Part shown: piece after piece, positions 29,613 through 37,856 of the stretch
Numbering within the stretch: the first letter of the stretch is position 1
Layout: the number at the start of each line of letters is the position of its first letter
Assembly (NCBI GenBank): GCA_934169575.1
Contig: CAKPOA010000002.1
Location: 46,494-110,493, forward strand
Direction: 5' to 3'
Length of the DNA: 64,000 nucleotides
From: an uncultured Clostridia bacterium
GTDB taxonomy: Bacteria > Bacillota > Clostridia > TANB77 > CAG-508
Position numbers and translations under genes: made by a program
Notes under the pieces: generated by a model
The model's database searches: none
The model's input: the letters and a program-made list of their open reading frames with translations, nothing else
What the model was told of the DNA's origin: nothing

Positions 29613-31010
29613 TTACTCCGTGATTTGTCCGTATTCTAAACTTTTACCACTAAACGAATTCGGAATTGTCGTTGTCCACTCTTCTTCACTACCAGTTGAA
29701 GAAACGGACAAATCATCAACCGTGACTCCAGATTGTAGATAAACTACAGGGCGCACAGCGAACCAAGCCGCACTGGAATCGCCGTGCGAAATGAACAAGG
29801 CATAGCCGGTGCCAGCAAAGCCTCCAGCGACAACCCCTGGACCGAAATGGCAAAAGTCAGAGCCATACATGTAGACACCAGAAGAAGCAAGCCAGTAAGA
29901 TTTTCCATTCGATTCTCTTTCTGTTCCTCTAAACAACACTTCATATAATTTACTACTTTGTTCAACTGTATCTGCATTTGGATATTGGTACATAAATGCT
30001 GTTCCCTCTACACTATCTCCTGCTTTTTTATTAGTTAATGAAGAATAGGTACTATTTGATGAATATTTTTGTTTTAAATAATTTTCTGGTGCATAATCAT
30101 TTGTTTTATATGTATAACTTTGTCCGAAAGAACCTTGATATGCTGAAATTGGTGTTTTTGATTCATCTGCAGTTTTATATAATTTATTATTTGTTTTATC
30201 CAAAGATAATCCTAATGCTGTATTTATATCTTCGATGCGCATACTTTTTGTTGAATCTGCAAATTTCCCATCATAAATTTTGCAAATGTCATCTAAAACA
30301 TTCTCACTAGTCGCCTCGCCAGCCCAATACCAACCTTCTGCTGAATTTAAATATAGATAAGGGTCTTTTTCCCAATCTTCTCCACTTGACTTCATAACTT
30401 TTTTTATTGGGCTACCTGTTGTTATCATCAATTTTGTTCCTGTTTCATCTAGTCCCAATACTCTCCATGTTGTGTTTGTATCGACATTATATTGTTGTGT
30501 CCCTGTATATCCAGTTTTTGTACTATCCACAGAAACACTTGCAGATGAATTTTTTAAAGTAGAATTATAATTTTTTATATAATCTCCTACATTTATTTCT
30601 TTATCTCTAAATGCTTGCACTAATGTTTTTGCATTTGATATAGAACCAAGCACACTAAAATCTATAGTTATTCCTCCTATTGTTATTACATCATTTTTTT
30701 CTAATGTTGCAACTTCACTATCAGTTAAATTTCCGTCTGCGTGTAACTGAGCAATTACTTCTGCTCTTGTTTGCTTGGTTCCTTCAATATAATTTACACC
30801 AGTATTATTGGATGCAGCCAAAGTTACAGTTTCCTTTACTTTTCCTCCTCTTGTTGCATCTTTTGCTTGTACTGTTCTATTTAAAATTCCGTTATTTCCT
30901 GATAACATTGCTATTGAAATTCCTGCTAAAATTATTAATACGATTATTGTAATAATTAATGCAATTAATGTTATACCTTTTTGTCCACTTTTTTGTTTTG
31001 TTTTTTTCAT
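29613..31010 (-). CDS. DGR variable (target) protein: prepilin-type N-terminus, central domain of unknown function, C-terminal variable C-type-lectin-like region
   Basis: ATG at 31010 follows the RBS AGGGGG. N-terminus MKKTKQKSGQKGITLIALIITIIVLIILAGISIAM. The VR encodes residues WLASSGVYMYGSDFCHFGPGVVAGGFAGTGYALFISHGDSSAAWFAVRPV near the C-terminus. Confidence 0.9.
   Translation of the reverse strand: MKKTKQKSGQKGITLIALIITIIVLIILAGISIAMLSGNNGILNRTVQAKDATRGGKVKETVTLAASNNTGVNYIEGTKQTRAEVIAQLHADGNLTDSEVATLEKNDVITIGGITIDFSVLGSISNAKTLVQAFRDKEINVGDYIKNYNSTLKNSSASVSVDSTKTGYTGTQQYNVDTNTTWRVLGLDETGTKLMITTGSPIKKVMKSSGEDWEKDPYLYLNSAEGWYWAGEATSENVLDDICKIYDGKFADSTKSMRIEDINTALGLSLDKTNNKLYKTADESKTPISAYQGSFGQSYTYKTNDYAPENYLKQKYSSNSTYSSLTNKKAGDSVEGTAFMYQYPNADTVEQSSKLYEVLFRGTERESNGKSYWLASSGVYMYGSDFCHFGPGVVAGGFAGTGYALFISHGDSSAAWFAVRPVVYLQSGVTVDDLSVSSTGSEEEWTTTIPNSFSGKSLEYGQITE
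29744..29894 (-). repeat. DGR variable repeat (VR), with invariant GC-rich 3' end (IMH-like)
   Basis: Counterpart of TR. 14 codons differ from the TR-encoded peptide. The invariant 3' end on the minus strand is GGTTCGCTGTGCGCCCTGTAG. The flanks diverge beyond it (IMH versus IMH* pattern). Confidence 0.95.
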
Positions 31011-31056
31011 ACATTTTCCCCCTTTGATTTTTTGTATTAAAATATTTTTCAAAATA

Positions 31057-31085
31057 ATATTATCATTTATAATTTTATTTTGCAA
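31057..31085 (-). promoter_or_regulatory. Candidate sigma-A promoter of the DGR target gene
   Basis: Minus strand reads TTGCAA (31085..31080), a 17-nt spacer, then TAATAT (31062..31057), about 45 nt upstream of the ATG. Confidence 0.45.
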
Positions 31086-31108
31086 TATCATTTTTTCTAA
31101 AAATATCG

Positions 31109-31129
31109 ATATATATATATATATATATA
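31109..31129. repeat. (AT)10 dinucleotide microsatellite
   Basis: ATATATATATATATATATATA, 24 nt upstream of the candidate -35 of the DGR target gene. Confidence 0.95.
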
Positions 31130-31248
31130 CAGCCTCAAGGGTTTCAGCGTTTATTACGATTTCATTACATTTTTATTACTTTTTTGTTACATTTTAAATT
31201 TTGTAGCTAAACCTATTTGCAAATAAACATAAATAAGATTGATAACAG

Positions 31249-31365
31249 TTATATTTCTACATTTTGAAAACTGTTACTATCTTGTGCAGTATTAATATTA
31301 TTCTGCGCAATAAACTCCTGTAAAAATTTTCTTCTTTCTTCTGATATTTTTTGATGTTTAGCCAT
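31249..31365 (-). pseudogene. Possible N-terminal remnant of an IS256-family transposase (38 codons)
   Basis: MAKHQKISEERRKFLQEFIAQNNINTAQD resembles the N-termini of Firmicute IS256-type transposases (from memory). A good RBS (AAAGGAG) is present. The ORF stops after 38 codons and no transposase body follows. Confidence 0.3.
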
Positions 31366-31389
31366 TTTTTTACTCCTTTCCCACAATAG

Positions 31390-31433
31390 AAAAATTGACT
31401 ATGATTTCTTCTATTGTATCATAGTCAATTTTT
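31390..31433. terminator. Hairpin/terminator downstream of the leuS remnant
   Basis: 16-bp perfect inverted repeat AAAAATTGACTATGAT-N12-ATCATAGTCAATTTTT, flanked by T-runs on both strands. Confidence 0.55.
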
Positions 31434-31494
31434 ATTTTTTAGAGTTTACACAGTTATTTCGATATTCTCCTCTTTTTCATTTTCTAATCATTTA

Positions 31495-32411
31495 TTATCT
31501 AGCATCATCTCCAGGATCTGTTGAACAAGTTAGAGCTTTATTCTTTTTATTCACTACTATATTATAAATCCTGCCTGGCACATATATCTCTTTCTTTACA
31601 TCATATTGACTTAATAGTGTTGCAATTCTGGGAGCTGATTTTATTATACCCAAAATTTCTTCTGATGTAGTTTCTGAACTTACTGGAATTACTGCTCTTA
31701 GCTTTCCATTAACTTGGATTGGGATATTCTTAGTTCCTCCATTAAGCTCATTTTCATTAACTTTAGGCCACTCTTCTTTATGTACAGATTGCTCTTTTCC
31801 TAAGCTTTGCCATTGTTCTTCAGCATATTCGGTTGTCTTTAAAAACCATTGTTCCATTTTTTTCTTTCAACAGGTGTACCACATCTTTCACATTTACAGT
31901 CAATAACTTGTTCATTTGCTAAAACTGTCTTACAACTGTCGCACCAATTTACTAATGAATTCTTTTTATATGCAAGTCCTTGTTGATATAATTGAGTAAA
32001 TATCCATTGAGTCCATTTATAGTATTCTGGTTTACAAGTTTCTACGGAGTAATCCCAATCGTAGTTCACTCCCATTTCTTCAAGTTGTCTTCTCATAGTT
32101 TCAATATTTTTTTCTGTAGATACTTTAGGAGATATTCCTGTTTTTATTGCATAATTTTCAGCAGGTAATCCAAAAGCATCAAAACCCATTGGATGAAATA
32201 CATTATATCCTTGCATTGATTTATACCTTTAGAATGAATCAGCAGGTGCAAAATTGAACCAATGTCCTAAATGTAAACTTGCTCCTGATGGATATGGAAA
32301 CATCTCCATTGTGTAAAACTTTTCCTTTTTACTTTCATGATTATATTTATACAATCCCTCTTCTTTCCATTTCTCTTGCCATTTTTGATCTATTTGTTTT
32401 GAATAATTCAT
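31495..32411 (-). pseudogene. leuS: Leucyl-tRNA synthetase remnant (nonsense codon, frameshift and large internal deletion)
   Basis: Three ORF pieces. The N-terminus carries the HIGH motif (SLHLGHWFNFAPADSF), then an in-frame TAA, then [26 protein letters not shown] frameshift lies in an A-run at [19 protein letters not shown]. The sequence then joins directly to the extreme C-terminal domain (IPIQVNGKLR...), so roughly the central 500 aa of a normal LeuRS are missing. Confidence 0.88.
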
Positions 32412-32430
32412 TTTTTATTACTCCTTAAAT

Positions 32431-33486
32431 TTATAATTCATTTTTGCTAGTAAAATTTTTTAACGTTGCAATTTTAGCTTCTTGTGTAATTTCTTTCCAG
32501 CTTTCTCTTAATAAGTTAATATCTATCTTCTCTTTTGATAATTGAACATCTGTATTTTTCAAATAGTTTTTCATACTTAGTGTTCCATCTGGCAATAAAT
32601 ATATTGCTATGCCATCATCACTGCTCTCTCCCCAATACCATATCGCAACTTCTCTACTTTTGTTTTTTAATTCTTTCAATTTTTGTTTTATTGCATCTGC
32701 ATTTGAAACACTTAATTCATTATAATTTTCTGCTCCCCTACCTGATGGTAATAAACTAAACACAAACCATTGCTTTATATTATTCTGTTCCACAAATTTA
32801 TAAATTTCATCCAATTCATTTTCGTTGTATCTATTTAATACAGTAACAATTCTAACATTATCCATATATTTCTTTGCTAATTTTATATTTTCTTTTACCC
32901 TATATAAATTATCTGTTCCTCTCAAATTCGCATATATATCTTTATTCAATGTGTCTAAACTTATTTGTAGTGTTATGCATGATTGAGATATTTGATTAAT
33001 AAGCCTTTCATTTAGTAATATTCCATTAGTTGCTATTGCTGGTTTTACTTTTTCATTTTCAAATAATTTCAAAATATCTTCAATATCTTCTCTTACTAAA
33101 GGTTCTCCTCCTCCAATTATAATTCTCATACAATCCCACTTTAAAATTTCCTTAGTAATTCTTTTTATTTCTTCAAAGTTTAGTTCATTTTTTCCTATTC
33201 CTGAATCATTACAACAAAAACGACATCTCGAATTACATTTATTGGTTATTTGCCAAGATAAACTTATTGGTGCAGATAAGTCTAACTTATTTATATCTGA
33301 AAAATCTCCTAATAAAAAGGCATTTTTACTCTTGTATGGATTATTTGACAGTAATTCTTCTTTATAACGTTCTATATTTTCTTCTTTTTTGATGCTCCAC
33401 ATTCTATCATATTTTATATCTTGTAATACCATTCCCCATTGTTCTTCTCTAGCAACCAATCGATTATCTATCACCTTCATCATCAT
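32431..33486 (-). CDS. Radical SAM enzyme with ~85-aa N-terminal extension
   Basis: CNSRCRFC is a CX3CX2C cluster motif, IIGGGEPL is the SAM-binding GGE motif, and LLPSGRG is also present. There is no Cys-rich SPASM/twitch C-terminus. The start overlaps the upstream kinase gene by 23 nt. Confidence 0.85.
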   Translation of the reverse strand: MMMKVIDNRLVAREEQWGMVLQDIKYDRMWSIKKEENIERYKEELLSNNPYKSKNAFLLGDFSDINKLDLSAPISLSWQITNKCNSRCRFCCNDSGIGKNELNFEEIKRITKEILKWDCMRIIIGGGEPLVREDIEDILKLFENEKVKPAIATNGILLNERLINQISQSCITLQISLDTLNKDIYANLRGTDNLYRVKENIKLAKKYMDNVRIVTVLNRYNENELDEIYKFVEQNNIKQWFVFSLLPSGRGAENYNELSVSNADAIKQKLKELKNKSREVAIWYWGESSDDGIAIYLLPDGTLSMKNYLKNTDVQLSKEKIDINLLRESWKEITQEAKIATLKNFTSKNEL

Positions 33487-34246
33487 CTATTCCTCTTTCT
33501 TTTTTTTTATTTGCTTGCCTTTGTCTAATAGATACTAATGCCTGATACGCATTAGGATAACTTCCATCTCTATCTTGTTTTTGATTATATACTAATATAG
33601 GTAAATCCTCAGCAGTTTGACCTCTTATAAGAACTTTTATGTTTTCTATATCAGAAGAACTACTCATAATACCTACACTCCTTTTAAAACCTTCATCTGC
33701 TTCATCAATAAAGCTCTCACTTGTTTTTCTATAAAAATTCCTCATTGTCCTTCTTTGTTCTTGCTCTCTTAATAAAGCTGAAACCTTACTTTGCTCATTA
33801 GATACAGCTAATGCATATACTTCTATATCAAAACCCTGAGCCTTTGCTCTATCAATTACTACTTGTTTCAAATACTCATATATGCGCATTGTTCCTATAT
33901 GAATAAAACTTATTTTATTTTCCAAACAATATTCTAGCATTTCTTTTTCTATTCTTATTGAAAATTTATTTGTACTTTGCACAAAGTCAGCATTATCATC
34001 TTCTATTTCTTTTAATCTTGGATGATACATCCTATACTTATCCATATCTATTGATACAAATGAAACATTTGGATAATCTTTCATTATCTTCTTAGGTAGT
34101 GCCGATTTTCCTGATGCTGGTTGTCCTGCTGCAAAAATCAATCTAGGGCTTTTTTCTGATTGTGCTTGTCCAACGTAATCTCTTTTTACTTTTTCAAATG
34201 CTTCTTGATATTCATCTTCTGTATAATCATAAGATTTTGTTTCCAT
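33464..34246 (-). CDS. Zeta-toxin-family P-loop kinase
   Basis: Walker A AAGQPASGKSALPK in a context typical of zeta toxin/AAA_33 phosphotransferases. 260 aa with an acidic/basic tail. No epsilon-like antitoxin gene lies upstream. Confidence 0.65.
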   Translation of the reverse strand: METKSYDYTEDEYQEAFEKVKRDYVGQAQSEKSPRLIFAAGQPASGKSALPKKIMKDYPNVSFVSIDMDKYRMYHPRLKEIEDDNADFVQSTNKFSIRIEKEMLEYCLENKISFIHIGTMRIYEYLKQVVIDRAKAQGFDIEVYALAVSNEQSKVSALLREQEQRRTMRNFYRKTSESFIDEADEGFKRSVGIMSSSSDIENIKVLIRGQTAEDLPILVYNQKQDRDGSYPNAYQALVSIRQRQANKKKERGIDDDEGDR

Positions 34247-34321
34247 CTAAAAAACTCCTTTCTAATTTATTGACTTTTTCTCTATATTGGAGTATTATAT
34301 ACTCATATGGAGATGATATAT

Positions 34322-35059
34322 ATGAATTTACAAAATAAAACTGCAATTATTACTGGTGCAAGCCGTGGTATCGGTTTGGCTACATGTCAAAGATTTATTA
34401 ATGAGAATATTGAAAATCTTATTATGATAGGGGCTAATAGCCAAAATTTGTCGTTAGCAAAAAATCAATTAAATTATAACAATATATTTACATACCAATG
34501 TGATTTATCAGATAAAAAATCTATTGATAATACTTTTGACAGAATTTTATCTAAATTTACTCATATTGACATTCTTATAAATAATGCTGGTATAATCGAT
34601 GACTCCTCTTTTGTTGAAATGACAGACATTCAAATGAAACATGTATTAGATGTGAATTTTTATGGTTCTTTTTATTGTATTAAAAAGATATTGCCTATCA
34701 TGATTATGCAAAACTATGGTAAAATAGTTAATGTTTCTTCAACATCAAAGTTTGGTACCGTTAATAAATCTAATTATGCGGCATCTAAAGCAGCATTAGA
34801 TGCATTAACAAGAACCGTATCTAAAGAAGTAGCCGAATACAATATAACTATTAATTCTGTTGCTCCTACACTAATTGACACTGATATGTTAAAGTCTATC
34901 CCTACAGATACTTTATCTAAACTAGTTAATAATTCGCCTATAAAAAGATTAGGGAAACCAGAAGAAATTGCATCTATTATATATTTTCTTTCTTCTGATG
35001 ATTCATCTTACATTACAGGAGAAACATTAATTGCTTCTGGTGGCTTATTTACTATCTAA
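34322..35059 (+). CDS. Short-chain dehydrogenase/reductase (FabG-like)
   Basis: TGASRGIG (TGxxxGxG), NNAG and the YAASKAA catalytic YxxxK. It is the only plus-strand gene of the cluster. Its 3' end overlaps the convergent methyltransferase by 15 nt. Confidence 0.9.
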   Translation: MNLQNKTAIITGASRGIGLATCQRFINENIENLIMIGANSQNLSLAKNQLNYNNIFTYQCDLSDKKSIDNTFDRILSKFTHIDILINNAGIIDDSSFVEMTDIQMKHVLDVNFYGSFYCIKKILPIMIMQNYGKIVNVSSTSKFGTVNKSNYAASKAALDALTRTVSKEVAEYNITINSVAPTLIDTDMLKSIPTDTLSKLVNNSPIKRLGKPEEIASIIYFLSSDDSSYITGETLIASGGLFTI

Positions 35060-35797
35060 TTTTTGCAATATAAAAATTTGCTTTGGAGATTGGAGATTAA
35101 ATTCATTGTAATTATAATCGCCAATTTTTTCTTTTAATATAAATTCACTGTTATTTATTAATTCTTCTAATTGCCCAGGAAAATATTGTCTCATAAAAGT
35201 ATTACTTTCTATATATAAACTTAATTTTTCATTAACATATATATTAGTTAAATAATTAATTCTGGTTGTTTTATCATATTTTCTTATTTCATATAAATCA
35301 ATATTATCTTTATAATACTCACTATAAAAACTATATCTATACTCTTTTGTTTCTTCTATATTTAAAAATCTCATATTAGGATTAAATATATCTATAATCA
35401 ACAATCCTTTATTTCTTAACACATTATAACATGATTTTAAGAAATTGTCTACATCTTCGTCATTTTTCAAATGTTGTAGAGAGTTAAAACCACATATTAC
35501 TATATCAAACATACCTAATTTTTCTTTTTCCAGTTTTCTCATATCTCCCCAAATATATTGTATATTTTCATTCTTTGTTTTTGCAATATCTAACATATCT
35601 GTAGAATAATCTAATCCTATGTACTCTTTTACATTTTCACATATTTCTTTTGATAATCTTCCTGTACCACAAGCTACTTCTAATACTCTCATATCACTCT
35701 TTAAATATTTGTTATAAAATTTTATATCTTCGGTTTGTACAACTTTGTTCATGTCATCATAAAATATATGATCACCATAGTATGTATTACATTTCAT
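35045..35797 (-). CDS. Class I SAM-dependent methyltransferase
   Basis: Motif I VLEVACGTGRL and motif post-I GLDYS. Confidence 0.85.
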   Translation of the reverse strand: MKCNTYYGDHIFYDDMNKVVQTEDIKFYNKYLKSDMRVLEVACGTGRLSKEICENVKEYIGLDYSTDMLDIAKTKNENIQYIWGDMRKLEKEKLGMFDIVICGFNSLQHLKNDEDVDNFLKSCYNVLRNKGLLIIDIFNPNMRFLNIEETKEYRYSFYSEYYKDNIDLYEIRKYDKTTRINYLTNIYVNEKLSLYIESNTFMRQYFPGQLEELINNSEFILKEKIGDYNYNEFNLQSPKQIFILQKLDSK

Positions 35798-35815
35798 ATA
35801 AATTCTCCTTTTCTA

Positions 35816-36691
35816 TTATAAGTTTAAAAAGTTTTGTATATTTTCATATAATATTTTGTTTTTTATTTCTTTTTTAATATTTAGTGCATTTATCAAATTT
35901 ATTTCATCAATTAGATTATAGTTCCACCAGCATGAGAAAGGATAACTTGAACCAAATACTATTTTATCTGACATTCCTTTATTATTTACCAAATCTTCTA
36001 ATATTTGTGTTGCTTCCATATTTGAATATTGAAAGGCATCATAAGCTGGAAATACATTTTGATTGTTTTCAAACCATCTTAAATGTCCACTTATACCACT
36101 TGTTTCTATTACCACATTATCCATTTGTTTTGCCATTTCTAATGCCTTTACTGAAGCTCTTAATAAATGTCCCATTATGAATTTCTTGTTTGGAAATGCT
36201 CTTGCAAAATTTATTGCATCTTGTGGTCCATAATTTCCTAATTTTTGTACTCTTCCAATATCTTTTTCATTCAATGCAGCAGTGTGTATATAAATGAAAA
36301 AATCATTATTTTTTGAAAATTCTATAAACTCTTTATTTGCCTCTATTTTTCCAACATCAATATTGCATAATATAGGCCAAATTACAATCCCTGCTTTGTT
36401 ACATTTTTTTAAATATCTCTCAACATCTAAAAAGCATTCATGATAATTTATATTTAATGCAAACACTGGAATTAAATTATTATTTTTTTTATATAACTCA
36501 TATATCGTTTTGTTTTCTTCCGTATATTTTCCATCTTTTGAACTTGGAAAAGGATATATTAATGCTTTATTATCTATTCCATAATTTATTTTATTGAATT
36601 CTTCTAAATATTCTTTATGTGGTCTTTGTGGTAAATTTTCTGATAGCCAATAATCTGTTCCCACTAAATAATGAGCATCTATAAACTTCAT
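35816..36691 (-). CDS. Amidohydrolase-family (TIM-barrel metal-dependent hydrolase) protein
   Basis: MKFIDAHYLVG is the N-terminal metal-binding strand. IYIHTA, MGHLL and the overall length are typical of amidohydrolase_2. I take the start as ATG 36691. Confidence 0.65.
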   Translation of the reverse strand: MKFIDAHYLVGTDYWLSENLPQRPHKEYLEEFNKINYGIDNKALIYPFPSSKDGKYTEENKTIYELYKKNNNLIPVFALNINYHECFLDVERYLKKCNKAGIVIWPILCNIDVGKIEANKEFIEFSKNNDFFIYIHTAALNEKDIGRVQKLGNYGPQDAINFARAFPNKKFIMGHLLRASVKALEMAKQMDNVVIETSGISGHLRWFENNQNVFPAYDAFQYSNMEATQILEDLVNNKGMSDKIVFGSSYPFSCWWNYNLIDEINLINALNIKKEIKNKILYENIQNFLNL

Positions 36692-36692
36692 T

Positions 36693-37856
36693 TTACACAA
36701 CCTTTCCTTTACTATTAAATTCACTTACAGTTCCATATTTTGCTTCTCGTATATCATCTAATTTTTTATCATTTAATTTATAATAATATATATCTAAATT
36801 CTCTTTTGCATTTTTTATAATTTCTTTTATACCTGATAAATCATGTATTATTTGTTTCCCATCATTTATAGAATATACTTTGAAACTTTCTATTCCATCT
36901 TTTATATTTTGAACTATAATAATCCTTACACCTTTTCTTAAATATTGATTCTTAATTGTTTTTAATTTTTTTACTCCTAAATTAGCATCAAAATAAATTC
37001 TATTCTTTCTCTCATCTTCTTGTATTAAATTTCGGATCATAGCACTTTTAATTTGTTTATTATAAATTATCGCTATATCCTTATTTTCATATATAGAAGG
37101 TAATCTCATACCAAAATTATCCATGTTGTTATATGCTAAATATGCAAAAATCTTTTGACTATATCCTATATCAAATATATATTTATTTTTAAATTCTTTG
37201 GAAACATTAAAACTATCTAATAATTCATCATCTAATAGGCTACATTGTAAAATAGTTTGAGTTTCTCCTTTTTCATTGATAGCACTTACCATATACACTT
37301 TTTCAGAATATCCTTTTACTCCATCATATTCTAAGACAACAACTGGTAAGTTTATACTTTTACAAAATTTTTTCATTTTTTCAACAACATATTTAATAGC
37401 CTCATTTTTATTCATTTTATCTATTGCTAAATTAAATTGTAATAGAGGTGATATATAGTAGTCTCTACTCATTGGTATTTGCTTTGAATCCAAAAGCCTT
37501 ATCATATAATAATAACTCAATAATGCACATTTATTTTCTTTATCCATTTTTTCTAAATTATATGGTAATGCATCTGTAATATACATATACTCTTCATTAT
37601 CCTCATCCTTAAAAAATGCTATGGTAGAATCATATTTTTGTATTCTATCTTTATATTTGTTTGAAAATTTATTAATTTTTTGAATTTCTTTAGGATAATT
37701 TATTTCTATATTGAAATCCTTAGAAAAACACTTTAAAAATGCTTCTATAGTAATATTTTGCATTTTTAATCCGTCTTCTGTCCATAATGGAAATCCCTTT
37801 GCAATACCATCAGGATAAACTAAATTCAACATTCTTAAAGCTTCTTTATAATCCAT
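36693..37856 (-). CDS. Degenerate class IIa aminoacyl-tRNA-synthetase-like protein (ProRS/ThrRS-like core + anticodon-binding-like domain)
   Basis: GFPLWTEDGLKMQNITIEAF parallels ProRS G..iw..G..i...i. NEKGETQTILQCSLLDDELLDSFNV parallels dGkalQ.gTsH.LGqnFsk.F.i. IGYSQKIFAYLAYNNMDNFGMRLPSIYENKDIAIIY parallels wGvStRliga.i..HgDd.GLvlPp.iAP.qvviiP. Canonical catalytic residues are replaced (TSH to CSL, motif-3 Arg to Lys). Confidence 0.55.
   Translation of the reverse strand: MDYKEALRMLNLVYPDGIAKGFPLWTEDGLKMQNITIEAFLKCFSKDFNIEINYPKEIQKINKFSNKYKDRIQKYDSTIAFFKDEDNEEYMYITDALPYNLEKMDKENKCALLSYYYMIRLLDSKQIPMSRDYYISPLLQFNLAIDKMNKNEAIKYVVEKMKKFCKSINLPVVVLEYDGVKGYSEKVYMVSAINEKGETQTILQCSLLDDELLDSFNVSKEFKNKYIFDIGYSQKIFAYLAYNNMDNFGMRLPSIYENKDIAIIYNKQIKSAMIRNLIQEDERKNRIYFDANLGVKKLKTIKNQYLRKGVRIIIVQNIKDGIESFKVYSINDGKQIIHDLSGIKEIIKNAKENLDIYYYKLNDKKLDDIREAKYGTVSEFNSKGKVV

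Larger units (their letters stand above)
27442..31085 (-). mobile_element. Diversity-generating retroelement cassette (target, MutS_I-like gene, avd, TR, RT)
   Basis: Canonical order on the minus strand. A 151-bp TR/VR pair differs only at TR adenines. The RT carries the DGR-type motif 4. Confidence 0.93.

Noticed and set aside
31384-31433. Alternative pairing (ACAATAGAA at 31384..31392 with TTCTATTGT at 31409..31417) suggesting a riboswitch-like or pseudoknot switch
   Set aside because: The alternative stem is short, nothing regulated lies downstream except a 38-codon transposase relic, and I have no conservation evidence. I kept only the 16-bp hairpin as a terminator.
32226-32231. In-frame TAA codons in leuS (32229) and metK (about 42096) as evidence of stop-codon reassignment or readthrough
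   Set aside because: Every well-supported gene in the window terminates normally, many with TAA. Both affected genes also carry frameshifts or deletions, so these are ordinary nonsense mutations in pseudogenes.
32431-33486. Radical SAM enzyme as a prokaryotic viperin, or as a SPASM-type sactipeptide/ranthipeptide synthase
   Set aside because: Only the CX3CX2C motif can be seen. There is no C-terminal Cys-rich auxiliary-cluster domain, and I cannot recognise viperin-specific motifs by eye. I left it as generic radical SAM.
33464-34246. Zeta-toxin gene as a classical epsilon/zeta toxin-antitoxin module
   Set aside because: No small antitoxin ORF lies upstream. The gene is translationally coupled to a radical SAM gene inside a larger operon.
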